Source: Octopus vulgaris (taxonomy: Eukaryota). Taken from it: 64,000 bases of DNA. Within the stretch, counting starts at the first letter, position 1; each line of letters starts with the position of its first letter. A program made the position numbers and the translations under genes. Shown piece by piece: positions 28,034 to 41,527 of the stretch. The stretch lies in contig OX597828.1 of the NCBI GenBank assembly GCA_951406725.2, positions 16,058,001 through 16,122,000 of the forward strand. Reading direction: 5' to 3'. The notes under the pieces are model-generated. The model did not search any database. It saw nothing but the letters and a program-made list of their open reading frames with translations, and was not told where the DNA came from.

Positions 28034-28740
28034 ACATATGTGACTTAATTGTCAGCCAAATTGGTCAGAAATTTTACCGTTAATCCTCTCTTATTTTTCT
28101 TTTTCTGCGACACTGGAATCGTGTTGAAACGTCGTCCCATGTCAGTCTCGTTCTGAATCAGAACTCTCATTATACTATTTTCCGGAATGATGTAATTGTG
28201 TACGTGTATCTATTTGCACATTTCAGGGCAATCAATTTATATTAACTCAACTGCACATTCTGAATATATTTTTTTGACCTACAAACACTTCTGTTATATC
28301 TGCGTTATACTGGTCCCTAGTAAACACTAACAGATACTATTCTATTGTAAGCATTCTGGCTTAGTCGCTGCTCTCAAGGTAAACACTGTCGCTGCACGTA
28401 CCGTTTCACTGCTGCAGTAATTCTGAAGTGTTAGGTTAATGATTTTATACGACGACCGGGGAACTGTGACATCGTTCGCTACAGGTTTCCGGTTGATCGA
28501 CCACCGATAAACTAGAGGTTTTTTGCCAATGAGAATAAGTAGATGCTAATAACTCGGTGGAATAAACACCACACAGGCATGGCTGTACCAGTATGTATGT
28601 ATGTATGTATGTATGTATGTATGTATGTATGTATGTATGTATGTATGTATGTATGTATGTATGTATGTATGTATGTATGTATGTATGCATGTGTTTGTGT
28701 GTGTGTGTGTTTGTGCTTGCTTGTGTATGAATGTATGTAT

Positions 28741-28850
28741 GTCTTGCAGTTTCCCTTCAAGATTTCTTGCCAATAGAGAAAGAACCAGTTTCTAACCTAG
28801 ATCCAAGGCACCTCCACTAGAATTTCAGCATCAGCTGGGTACCTTTGTAT
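28741..28850 (-). mobile_element. 3' terminus of R4/Dong-like element within (TATG)n
   Basis: TTCAAGATTTCTTGCCAATAGAGAAAGAACCAGTTTCTAACCTAGATCCAAGG. Confidence 0.75.
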
Positions 28851-29057
28851 GTATGTATGTATGTATGTATGTATGTATGTATGTATGTATGTATGTATGT
28901 ATGGAATAAATAGTTGTAATCCAGCGGTGCTCAATATATCTAAAAAAATGCGTACTGGTGATCAAAGGATTTGACCTGCCGATGTAAATATATATGTGTA
29001 TATATATATATATTTCACATACCTAACCCAGGTGTATTTACTTGTTTATTTACATCA

Positions 29058-29372
29058 TTATTACATAGTCTAGACTGATGGCGAAGGGATAAGGTGCTAG
29101 AGTGTCGCCCTGTAATACTCCGACTTTGCCTTCAAAGTATTCCGTCTTTCCATCAGGAGTGATCACTTTCGCTCTGGTCTTCTCATATGCTTACGTATTG
29201 CTCTCAGAATTCTTGGTGGAATATCAAATGCTTTAAGTATCTTCATTAATATGTACTGAATCTAAAGCCTTTTTAGAGTTCTATCAGTCTTCTAAGTGCG
29301 ACAATATGTGATGTTGTCGACCGTCCTGATATGAAGCCATTTTGATTTGGTCGCAATTGTATGTAGTGCGTA
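29058..29372 (-). pseudogene. Inverted 5' segment of RTE-like LINE reverse transcriptase
   Basis: Minus-strand translation QLRPNQNGFISGRSTTSHIVALRRLIE...KKALDSVH...AKVITPDGKTEYFEGKVGVLQGDTLAPYPFAISLDY, with frameshifts. Confidence 0.88.
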
Positions 29373-29377
29373 GAACT

Positions 29378-30225
29378 TACGAGGGCAAAGAAGAAGAACT
29401 GGGATTTAAACTGCACAACTAAAAAAGTAAACGTTATCAAGCAGTAACAGTAACTGACCTACACTATGCTGATGACCTGGCATTACTAACAGAGAGGACA
29501 GATCAGGCACAAGAGGTGCTGAGCAGATTAGAGCAGGAATCGGGGAAGCTAGGATTGTACTGTAATGCAAAGAAAACAGGGCTGCAAGTATTCAACCATG
29601 AAATGCCTGTGTCAATGAAAGTGAGAAATGGTAAGTCGCTCAAGGTAGCTGAAAATTTCAAACACCTTGGTGCGTGGACACAAAGTACTGACAAAGACAT
29701 CGTAGCAAGGAAAGCCCTTGCCTAGAGCATATGCTATAAATTGAGAAAGGTATGGAGTTTAAAGTTAGCAAGGAGATTGAAAGTGAGGTTGTTTCTGGCA
29801 ACAGTGGAGTCTGTTCTTCTATACAGGGCTGAAACATGGACGCTCATTAAAGCATTGAAAAAGCAGTTGGACGGTTGTTATACGGGGATGCTTAGAATGG
29901 CTCTCAGTGTCTCTTGAAGAGTCATACAACAAATGCCGACTTATACCAAAAGGGACTACCAAATGTAACATTGAAGATACACCTAAATAAGAATGAGGCT
30001 AGCTGGACACTGCATCAGACATACCAATGTAATTGCTAACAAGCTAGTGCTCTGGCAACCAACAGAAGAACCAAGTGAGGAAGGAGGAAGACGACTTATA
30101 TCGGCAACGTACTGGAGGATACAGGTATGGAAGGGGTACAGGAGTTGAAGACCATTGTGGAAGATCGAGATGAGTGGGGAAAACGTGTGGAAACAGTCTC
30201 GGGGCATCCTGAGGGACGACCTAGA
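29378..30225 (+). pseudogene. RTE-like LINE RT C-terminal part and 3' end with (TAGA)n tail
   Basis: EGKEEELGFKL...TDLHYADDLALL...GLYCNAKKT...FKHLGAW...LFLATVESVLLYRAETWTL...LDGCYTGMLRMAL, with in-frame stops. Confidence 0.9.
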
Positions 30226-30285
30226 TAGATAGATATATAGATAGATAAGGCATTATCTTTCTTTATATAATATTTTTTCATAAAT

Positions 30286-30338
<53 letters not shown>

Positions 30339-30439
30339 CAAATATATATATACATATACATACACACACATACATACATATATATATATATAAAGAGAGA
30401 GAGAGAGAGAGAGAGAAAGCGGGACACACAGAGAGATTC

Positions 30440-30945
<506 letters not shown>

Positions 30946-31389
30946 GCTTCTATCCGTCTGTCTTTTTCTCCGTTTGTCAAACTAACTAGCTGGCTAGGTA
31001 GCTAGGTAGCAAGCCAATAGCTCTCTGTATATGGCAAACTAGCGTACTGTGCGGTTATTTAATATGTGACCTCTAGCCCTCAATGTGCTATGCACATTAA
31101 CGTCAAGATTTCCTTAGTTAACAAGTCTTTTGTATTGTCAACGTTTAACATCTACAAGTTAATTATAAGAGGATAGGAATTATTAATATGTTCATTCGAC
31201 ATCGCCACCGTGAGCCTCAATAATGCTCTCTGGTGTAGTTCTAAAGATGTACATTCTAATTGATATGTATTTGAGTATATACGAATGTATATTTGGGTGT
31301 TTTAATATGTATGCACGAAAATACATAGATACTCATATTTATGTATATTCACAACATATACACACACACACTCACACATTTACGTACAA

Positions 31390-31588
<199 letters not shown>

Positions 31589-31721
31589 TGATTAGTTACA
31601 ATTGTTTCTGCACCAACACTGCTTTCTGCGTGAACTGGTGTTGAAAGCAGAGTTCGTGCAGAAACACTTCTAACTGATCGTTAAAGATGTGTTTAAAGTC
31701 TTTCTTTCTCTTCTTATTTGG

Positions 31722-31761
<40 letters not shown>

Positions 31762-32167
31762 GAATGTAAAATGTTTAGTAAATACACAAACGAAGAGAGA
31801 AAAACGTATAATGAATGCATAACTGAATGGAAATAAGTATATAGAGTGCAAGAATTGACGGGTAAAAGTATATAGAGTGCTTGTAACAAACAGGGCACCT
31901 AGTTCTAAAATTCTGTAAGAGATGCGAGTAATAACTTTTTTGAAAAGTAACCTTTGTTGCTACTTCAACATGGCCGTTCCGTAGGGAACGGCCATATTGA
32001 AGTGGCAGCAAACACTGCTTAATATATTTATCTACAAATGAAAATATGTATGGTAAATAAACAACGACATAACGTATACTGAGTGTACAACCGGAGGGGA
32101 GACAAACACAGAAGGTCCCTAATTCTTCATCAGTTATGAACCAATTGGTAATACTCAGTTTCACGCC

Positions 32168-32212
<45 letters not shown>

Positions 32213-32216
<4 letters not shown>

Positions 32217-32670
32217 CATTCGGCCCACGATCTTCAGGTCGTGAGTTCAATTCCCGTCGACGCGTTGTGTCCTTGAGCAAGGCACTTTATTTCACGTTGC
32301 TCCAGTCCACTCAGCTGCCATAAATGAGTAGTACCTGTCTTTCAAAGAGCCAGACTTGTCCCAGTCTTTGTCACTTTTACACGTCCTCGAGATCAGTGAC
32401 TTGTCGTCACTGGAAAAAGGATATATGTATTTGCGTTGGGACCCCTTCGCATCGAAGACCGGTGATTGCCGTTCGCTGACGACGGGTAAATACCCAGAAA
32501 CCCGGGTCCGTGCGAATCACGTCCGGTCGACGATAGGAAGGATCGCTTTCCTTTGCAAATACTGATAGGGCACAGAAAGTGTGTTAATAAGCAGCGGGAG
32601 AAGATATTCTCCTGGGTCCACAAGCTACAGTAGCATCAACCCTTAGTGGTTAGCCACATTTAAGTGGCAA
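32213..32670 (+). mobile_element. tRNA-SINE head/core B fused to a structured hammerhead-containing domain
   Basis: Partial tRNA head with B box GAGTTCAATTCCC, core GTGTCCTTGAGCAAGGCACTTTATTTCACGTTGCTCCAGTCCACTCAGCTG and the start of tail X, then multiple hairpins and a hammerhead. Confidence 0.65.
32451..32534 (+). ncRNA. Type I hammerhead ribozyme, intact core, extended stem I
   Basis: CTGACGA (32476-82); stem II cGGGT-aaat-ACCCa; GAAA (32497-500); palindromic stem III ACCCGGGT; GTC triplet (32506-08); stem I CG/CG, GTGATT/AATCAC, GACCGG/CCGGTC, ATCG/CGAT. Confidence 0.8.
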
Positions 32671-32729
32671 ATATACTTCACATTGTCGTGCAGCTACTGT
32701 TTATACCTAGTTCAGAGATTTATTATTGC

Positions 32730-32787
<58 letters not shown>

Positions 32788-33164
32788 ATATATGTATATA
32801 TATATATATATATGTATGTATATATATATATGTTTTTAACATATATATGGATATATGTATATTTACGTACATACATACATACATACATACATGCAAGCAT
32901 GCATACCAGCAAACATTTATACATACAAGTATGCATGCAAGCATACATACATGCGTACATGCATACATACGTGCATGTTATATACTCGGATAGGTAGGTA
33001 GAGAGAGTAAAATAGATGGACACATCGATAAATAAATAGATAGATAAATAAATAGACAGAAACAAAGAAAGTTATTTCGATTGATAGATAGAAAGAATGT
33101 TAGTTAGATTGATAGATAGATTGATAAATAGATAGCTAGAGATACAAAGAAATAGGTAAATGAT

Positions 33165-33266
<102 letters not shown>

Positions 33267-33309
33267 CAAAGAAATAGATAAATGATAGACATACATGTAT
33301 ATATATAGT

Positions 33310-33503
33310 TAATCCAAACATGAAAACACAACAACGCGAGGACGTGGAACAAATATAGTATTATTGGACGCTCAGGAAGGAAGTGAAGAAGGAGGGTTTA
33401 ACGTTTCGACCGGAGCTCTTCGTCAGAAACATAGGAAAAGGAAAGATACAGAGAAGGGAAGACGGAGGGAAAAAATCGCCAACGATACACACGTGGTCAC
33501 ATT

Positions 33504-33508
<5 letters not shown>
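33310..33508 (-). mobile_element. Penelope-like 3' end with minimal hammerhead (33396-33430), inserted in (TA)n
   Basis: Minus strand GTTT-CTGACGA-AGAGCTCCGGTC-GAAAC-GTT-AAAC; TA-repeat flanks. Confidence 0.7.
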
Positions 33509-33541
<33 letters not shown>

Positions 33542-33869
33542 ATAGACGGGCAAACAGACAAATAGATAGATAAATAGATAGATAGATAGATAAAACAGAT
33601 AAATGATAGACATATATAAAAAGATTGATAAAAACAATATACGGACAGCCATCCATCCAGCCAGATAGATAGATAGACTGACAGACACACAGACAGACAG
33701 ATAGACAGATAAATAGATAAATAAAAATTGATGAGAGGAACTTTTCGAAAGAAGATTGCAGCCATTAAAGTGAGAAAATGCTTATCTATATTGGATTTTC
33801 AGAGAACTTTTATATTGCAAATGTATTTCCCTCTGCTGTACATTTTACCACCCTCTCCTCTTTCCCTCC

Positions 33870-33914
<45 letters not shown>

Positions 33915-34125
33915 TCTATGTCCATCTCCACGTTTCGGCGTCCCTCTCACTCTGCCTTTCACTTCATTCGCTCCCACTTAATGAATGTATATTCATATTC
34001 ATAAGAGTATGAGCGCACGCGTGTGTATGTATTGATGTATGTTTGTATGTATGCATGCATATATATATATGCATGCATATATATATATATATATATATAT
34101 ATGTATACGTATCTTTATCTATATA

Positions 34126-34180
<55 letters not shown>

Positions 34181-34192
34181 TTCTCTCTCTAT

Positions 34193-34270
<78 letters not shown>

Positions 34271-34762
34271 CTAAGTTTTACAACTTATTCACTGAATATC
34301 TCGTGAAAATCTGACGAAAGATTGAAATATCTGTTTTAGAGAAAAAAAAAAGATACAGAAGAGTAAGAACAAAAACAAAAAAAGAACAACAAAATAACAA
34401 CAAAAAAAAAACAAAAACGAAAAGCAAAACAAAACGGAAAAAGTATTTCTAAATAATTAATTGCGTGTTTTAAATGGCAAATTTGTAAATGAAAACTGCA
34501 ACAAGATTCCAATATCTTGTGATTCCTGTAAGCACCACACCGTGTTTGAATTGTTAAATGAAATGAATTTGAATAAATTTAATGCACGTCAATATCTTTT
34601 AAGATATTTTTACTTTGTTAACATTTCAAGTTGCAATTTGCAGACCGAGGCGAACAAAAGTTTCATGAATCTCCGAGTGAACATGCGTTGAATAACTAAA
34701 GGTACGGATGTTATGACCTTACGTTACTGAAGTGTTTAATATATAAGTTTAATAACGGAGCC

Positions 34763-35421
34763 GTGAAGGCGCGTGGTTTTGTGGTTAGAGATATTTAGCC
34801 CACGATCGTGAGTTTGTGAGTTCGATTACAAGAGGTGCGTCCGTCGAGGAATCGTTTTTATTTCACGTATCTCTGGTTAATTCAGCTAGCAAAAATAAGT
34901 GGCACCTGTATTTCAAAAGGGGCAGCTGAGTCACATTCTGTGTGCTGAGTCTCACTGGGAACTATGTTAAGGGTACACGTATGTGTGGAGGGTTCAGTCA
35001 CCCCACAGTCCTTGAACAAGACGTTTTTATTTCACATTTCTCCACTTAATTTAGCTGGCAAAATTGAGTGGCACCTGTATTTCAAAAGGGGCAGCTGAGT
35101 CACATTCTGTGTACTGAGTCTCACTGGGAACTATGTTAAGGGTACACGTATGTGTGGAGGGTTCAGTTACTCCACAGTCCTTGAGCAAGACGTTTTTATT
35201 TCACATTTCTCCAGTTAATTTAGCTGGCAAAAATGAGTGGCACCCGTATTTCAAAAGGAGCAGTCCGAGTCACATTCTGTGTGGCGCTGAGTCTCACTGA
35301 TAATTACGTTAAGGGTACACATGTCTGTGGAGTGCTCAGCCACTTGCACGTTAATTTAACGAACAGGCTGTTACGTCGATCGGATCAAATGGAACAGTCC
35401 TCGTCGAAACCGACGGAATGC
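34763..35421 (+). mobile_element. Modular SINE (head/core B plus tail X) with a 169-bp internal unit triplicated
   Basis: CGTTTTTATTTCAC recurs at 34853, 35022 and 35191; the last unit completes tail X. Confidence 0.85.
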
Positions 35422-35957
35422 GATGGTATTAATCGCAACAACGTGGTTTCGATTCTCGGACTGTGCTGTCCGTTGTGCTCTAGGGCAAAACAGTTGATTT
35501 CACTTCAGCTTACTCAGCCCGAAGTGAGTAACACTCCGTCCTGCCGTCTAGTCCAGGAGGAATGTGGCGATGTCAGTGACATATACGCCATGAAAACTTG
35601 GAAACCGGCACATCAAGTCCTCAGGCTCGAGATAGCAATGTCCGGTAGGATTTCCCTATAATCATGAAGCTGGAGATTCCCTTCTCACCGCTACTGTTCG
35701 TTTAACTTTCATACTGAAATTAAACATCTATAAGGATCCAATCTGTTGTGAACACAATGCCTGAAATGTTAACGGAAGCCAACTTAGTCGACCACATCGA
35801 CTCCACTGTTAAACTGGAACCTATAAACAAATTCTATCCATACTGAATATAAGAAGGATGCGAAACGGCTGAAATCCTATGGACGTTACTCGATGAAATG
35901 AAAGGAAAATATATATTTATAATAATAATGAAACAGAAATATATATTTATAATAATA

Positions 35958-36520
35958 AACCCTGATGCAGTACCAGACAGTGGCTCTCGTGGATTCTGAT
36001 CTTAACTGATTGGAAGTGTTATCATGTACATTGCTTTGTCTTGGTATAAAAGATGGGCTACAGCAAATATTCTGCTCAATACCATATATTTGCTTGTCAG
36101 TTGTTTGACCTTAACCGGTTGAGAATAACCCTTAGTGGCTGACGATATGTGCATCTCAGATCACGAGCAGAAGTAGTGGGGGAGCATCATAGCCATGTGT
36201 TGAGAGGGATTTTTTGGGGTTTGAATAATTCACCACTGGAAACATGGGTGTTTCGTCCAACATCCTTAAACAACCCTTATTCAGGGACCTTTTGAGCGGC
36301 ATGGGTTACTCGACTAGAAGAAAATTCTAACTGGGCCCCACCTGCAAGGTCTTGTGCTGTTTATCTTGATATGAGATCACGATGTCGCGTACATATGGTT
36401 GTGACGCATGTGCCTAGTGTACCATTATCAGATGCGTAGTCATCATGGGTATACTGGGCTTCGTATATTTTATCCCAGTGTCACTTTCATGGTATGCACT
36501 GCTCTCTCATTCAATAATAA
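35958..36520 (+). mobile_element. Probable retroposon 3' UTR/SINE ending in (AAT)n
   Basis: GC-richer ~560-bp block bounded by AATAAT tracts, ending ...CTCTCTCATTCAATAATAA; single copy in the window. Confidence 0.4.
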
Positions 36521-36552
36521 AAATAATTATTAGTATTTTAATTATTATTATT

Positions 36553-36757
36553 ATTTCTACTCTAGGCACAAGGCCCTGAACATTTTTTGGAGGAAGGAAA
36601 CTAGTCGATTACATCGATCCCAGTGTTTCACTGGTACTTGATCTATCGACCCCGAAAGGATGAAAAGCAAAGCCGACCTCAGCGGAATTTGAACTCAGAA
36701 CGTAAAGTCGGACAAAATGCCGCTTAGCATATCGCCCAGTATACTAACGATTCTGCC
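36553..36757 (-). mobile_element. SINE family B (diverged)
   Basis: CTGGTAC...ATCGACCCCGAAAGGATGAAA...GGAATTTGAACTC. Confidence 0.8.
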
Positions 36758-36832
<75 letters not shown>

Positions 36833-36870
36833 CAACAACAACAACAACAACAGCAATAATAATAATAATT
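36758..36870. repeat. (AAT)n/(AAC)n microsatellite
   Basis: Directly visible. Confidence 0.95.
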
Positions 36871-38244
36871 GTACACACATACATAAAAACATACAAGCAT
36901 ACCTTCAAAGATACACGGAAAGAACTACATGTCAGAGAAACGTAATACAAAGGTACACACACGCACACACACACACATACACACACAACCACCCCCATAC
37001 ACCTACACACACGCAGACAGTCACTCACGCGCAAGTGCGCGTGCACTAAAACGCGCTTATACACATACACTCGCAAACAAATGCCCACGCAGAAGCACTA
37101 CTGAGAAACACATACACACACACACGCATTGATGATATACGCACGCACACTCACACCCACGCACACCCATTCACATAGACACAGACACAAACACACATGT
37201 TCGCATGGACACACACACAAACACGCATACCCATACACACCTATACACAGACCGTCGCGCACGCACCCAAACTCATGCCCACACGCGCACACACACACAC
37301 ACACACACACACGTATACATGGACACGCGTGCACACTCACACCCACGCACACGCATACACATACACACAGACACAAACACACATACACGCATACACACAC
37401 ACACACGCATACCCATACACACATATACACAGGCCGCCGCGCTCGCACACACACTCATGCCCACACGCACGCACACACACAATCACACACACACACACAC
37501 ACACACACACGCATACATGGGCACGCGCGCACACTCACTCACACCCACGCACGCACGCACACTCATACTAACGCACAGACACAACACGCATGCACGCATG
37601 CATACACACACGCACGCACACGCACACAGACACACACAAACACACCCATACACACACACACACCTACACACAGGCCGCCGCTCACGCACACACACTCATG
37701 CCCACACGCACGCACACCCACCCACACACACTGACACCCATCCACACTGACACCAACACACACACACACTGACACACACACACACACTAATTCACACACA
37801 CTAATTCACACGTTCACCCGCGCAAAGAAAAACCGAGTAACACACACCGAGTTACACAGCGCACGAAACGCAGAGGCATCCTCGCGCATGCGTACACTAA
37901 ATATATATTAAATTTTCCATATTTCCAATGCAATTTTTAATGCGAACGTATTATCTAGAATAGATACGGTGCTCTTGTATTTACGACACAACTCGACAGA
38001 TACATTAACAGCAAGTCATTAAGTTCATGCTACACATCTATCTTACTGTTTAGCTAGGTGTTATCAGTAGTTTAGTGTTTGTTGTTGTTTCCCTCCTGGT
38101 ATACAAAGAATGAATTATGAATAATAGTAAAACTGTTGAAATTCGTATTATTAGCTGGAAATAAAACGAACAAATTTCAGGCTGTATTTTAAGTGCATGT
38201 GTACTTACACATGCATATTTTTATACGCATATATATATGCAATA

Positions 38245-38471
38245 CGGCGAGCTGGCAGAAACGTTAGCACGCCGGGCGAAATGCGTATCCGTATTTCGTC
38301 TGTCGATACGTTCCGAGTTCAAATTCCGTCGAGGTCGACTTTGCCTTTCATCCTTTCGGGGTCGATAAATTAAGTACCAGTTACGCACTGGGGTCGATAT
38401 AATCGACTTAATGCCTATGCCTGTCCTTGTTTGTCCCATCTATGTTTAGCCCCTTGTGGGCAATAAAGAAA
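38245..38471 (+). mobile_element. SINE family B
   Basis: Near-consensus copy. Confidence 0.9.
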
Positions 38472-38488
38472 TATATATATGCATATAT

Positions 38489-38680
38489 ATTTCTTTACTA
38501 CCCACAAGGGGCTAAACACTGAGAGGACAAACAAGGACAGACAAAAGGATGAAGTCGAATACATCGACCCCAGTGCGTAACTAGTACTTTATTTATCGAC
38601 CCCGAAACGATGAAAGGCAAAGTCGACCTCGGCGGAATTTGAACTCAGAACGTAACGGCACACGAAATACGGCTATGCAT
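38489..38680 (-). mobile_element. SINE family B, tail-to-tail with the previous copy
   Basis: Reverse complement, 5'-truncated. Confidence 0.9.
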
Positions 38681-39053
38681 ACATAAACGCGCTTATATAT
38701 ATGCATATAAGCGCGTATATGTATGTGTATATATATGTGTGTGTATGTGTGTATGTGTTTGTATGTGTGTGTTTGTATGTGTGTGTGTGTATGTGTGTGT
38801 GTTCATCATCACCATTTACTGTCTGTTTTCAATGCTGGCATTGATGGAACGGTTCGACAGGAACCAGAAACCAAGCGGTCTGTGCTAAGCCTTAATATTT
38901 GCTATAATATTGTCTGATTGCCCTTCGTAAAGCTGAACACATTATAGGGTGTATTGAATGCTTTCTACGTTGCACCGGCATTAGTGAGGTCACCAAGATA
39001 AAACTCACATCCGATGGAATATAAGTATTGAGAGGGGTAGCTACATGCCAGAT

Positions 39054-39449
39054 GGAATGGAATGGAAGCACTCCGTCGGTTACGACGATGAGGGTTCCGG
39101 TTGATCCGAATCAACGGAACAGCCTGCTCGTGAAATTAACGTGTAAGTGGCTGAGCACTCCACAGACACGTGTACCCTTAACGTAGTTCTCGGGGATATT
39201 CAGCGTGACACAGAGAGTGACAAGACCGGCCCTTTGAAATACAGGTACAACAGAAACAGGAAGTAAGAGTGAGAGAAAGTTGTGGTGAAAGAGAACAGCA
39301 GGGATCACCACAATCCCCTGCCGGAGCCTCGTGGAGCTTTTTAGGTGTTTTCGCTCAATAAACACTCACAACGCCCGGTCTGGGAATCGAAACTGCGATC
39401 CTATGACCGCGAGTCCGCTGCCCTAACCACTGGGCCATTGCGCCTCCAC
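39054..39449 (-). mobile_element. Modular SINE, head A plus tail X, with 11-bp TSD
   Basis: Near-identical to the 21595 copy; ACATGCCAGAT at 39043-39053 and 39450-39460. Confidence 0.93.
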
Positions 39450-40008
39450 ACATGCCAGATAAACTGCAGTTAAAGTATAATAGGACAAGATCGGGTGTCT
39501 TGATGTAGAGGCGGAAGCTTGTTTTTCTCAACCACATGGTTCCCAGGTTCAGTCTCACTTGGGCAAGTGTCTTCTACTGTATCCTGAGGCGCTCAAAGCC
39601 TTGTGAGTGGATTTAGTTGAATCGTACTACTATCACAGTGAGCTCCTCTTACAGACTCGGCTATGTAATAACCAATTAAGAAGTAGTGTTATGTCAAGTA
39701 TCCACGTAACTTAAAATCCAGAAAATCCGAGTGATAAAATAATTCAATGAAGAGCATATAAATACAGCAAGTCAGCAGGTATGAGAGTTCAAAAAAATGC
39801 TTTGTAATGAAATTTCAATAAATTGAGTACATCAAATTGAAAAGAAATATGTATGTCTGGCTCTCTGTCTGTCTATCTGTCTGCATGCCTGTTTGTGCGC
39901 GCGCGCGCGCGCGTGTGTGTTTGTGTCTATGTATGTATGTATGTATGTATGTATCTGTCTGTCTGTCTATATGTCTATCCATCCATCTATCTATCTATCT
40001 ATCCATCC

Positions 40009-40078
<70 letters not shown>

Positions 40079-40721
40079 ACATGTACATATGTATGTAAGT
40101 ATGCATGTATGTATGTAAGTATGCATGCATGTATGTATGTTTGTATGTATGTAACTCGTCTAACGTTGGACAAGTATCTACTTCGTTGGGCGTTATCAAT
40201 GTTGTGTACTTACAGCCACCATGCTTAAACAAAATCCGTCACCAACGAAAGCAGAGATGAAACTGTCACTGATGTTGCAAATAGCCGCCTAGTTGAATAA
40301 AAATCCTTTACATGCACCAGAAACTCTGAGTATTAAGGAAAAAATAAATAAAAACAACAAAAAAAAGATTGTTTAGGGAAAATGTCCCTCACAATTCAAC
40401 ATTATTTCCATCGAATATGGAGGCAGGGGAGTGGAAAATTTGCAAAGGCGTTAGACAAGAAACTTTTCGATAATTGTTTACGCTCCTTCCTGTTCTGATG
40501 TCATTGGAACCTGACCCAGGTCTGTGCTCTGTAGAGGGATTTTCTAAGTACAGGTACACGGAAAAATTTAATCGATTGAGAACTTGGATGCGGAATTGAC
40601 AAAGATATCTTAATTTTTTGTTTTATTTCGGTTATTATTCACAAAACTGTTTTTAACACATTTTAAGAGAAGCTGGTTGTTGTTCCACACCAGATTAGAC
40701 ACATGCATGCATGTATGCATG

Positions 40722-40755
<34 letters not shown>

Positions 40756-40919
40756 TGTATGTATGTATGTATGTATGTATGTATGTGTGTGTGTGTATGA
40801 GTGTATGTGTGTATGAGTGTATGTGTGTGTATGGAGTATGTATGTATGCTTGTAGATATGTTTGTATGTATGAATCTATGTATGGATATTTGTATTCATG
40901 TATGTACACACACATACTG

Positions 40920-40957
<38 letters not shown>

Positions 40958-41044
40958 ATGCATATATATACATAAGTGCGTATATACATGTACGTATATA
41001 CATATGTATATATGCATATATACATATATACATACACATATGTG

Positions 41045-41097
<53 letters not shown>

Positions 41098-41119
41098 GCA
41101 TATATATATATATATATGC

Positions 41120-41172
<53 letters not shown>

Positions 41173-41211
41173 TATATACATATATATATATACATATACA
41201 TACACACACAC

Positions 41212-41258
<47 letters not shown>

Positions 41259-41405
41259 TGTATATGTATATGTATATACGTACATGTTTACAAGAAAACC
41301 CACATGAGCAGATATTCACACATAAATATGCTATGTGTCTATGTATGTGTGTCAGTGTAGGATTGTACGCTTGTGTGTGGTGCGTGCACTTGTGTGTGCT
41401 TATGT

Positions 41406-41527
<122 letters not shown>

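Noticed and set aside
34310-34335. CTGACGAAAGATTGAAATATC hammerhead-like string
   Set aside because: Stems I and II are not credible; compatible with chance.
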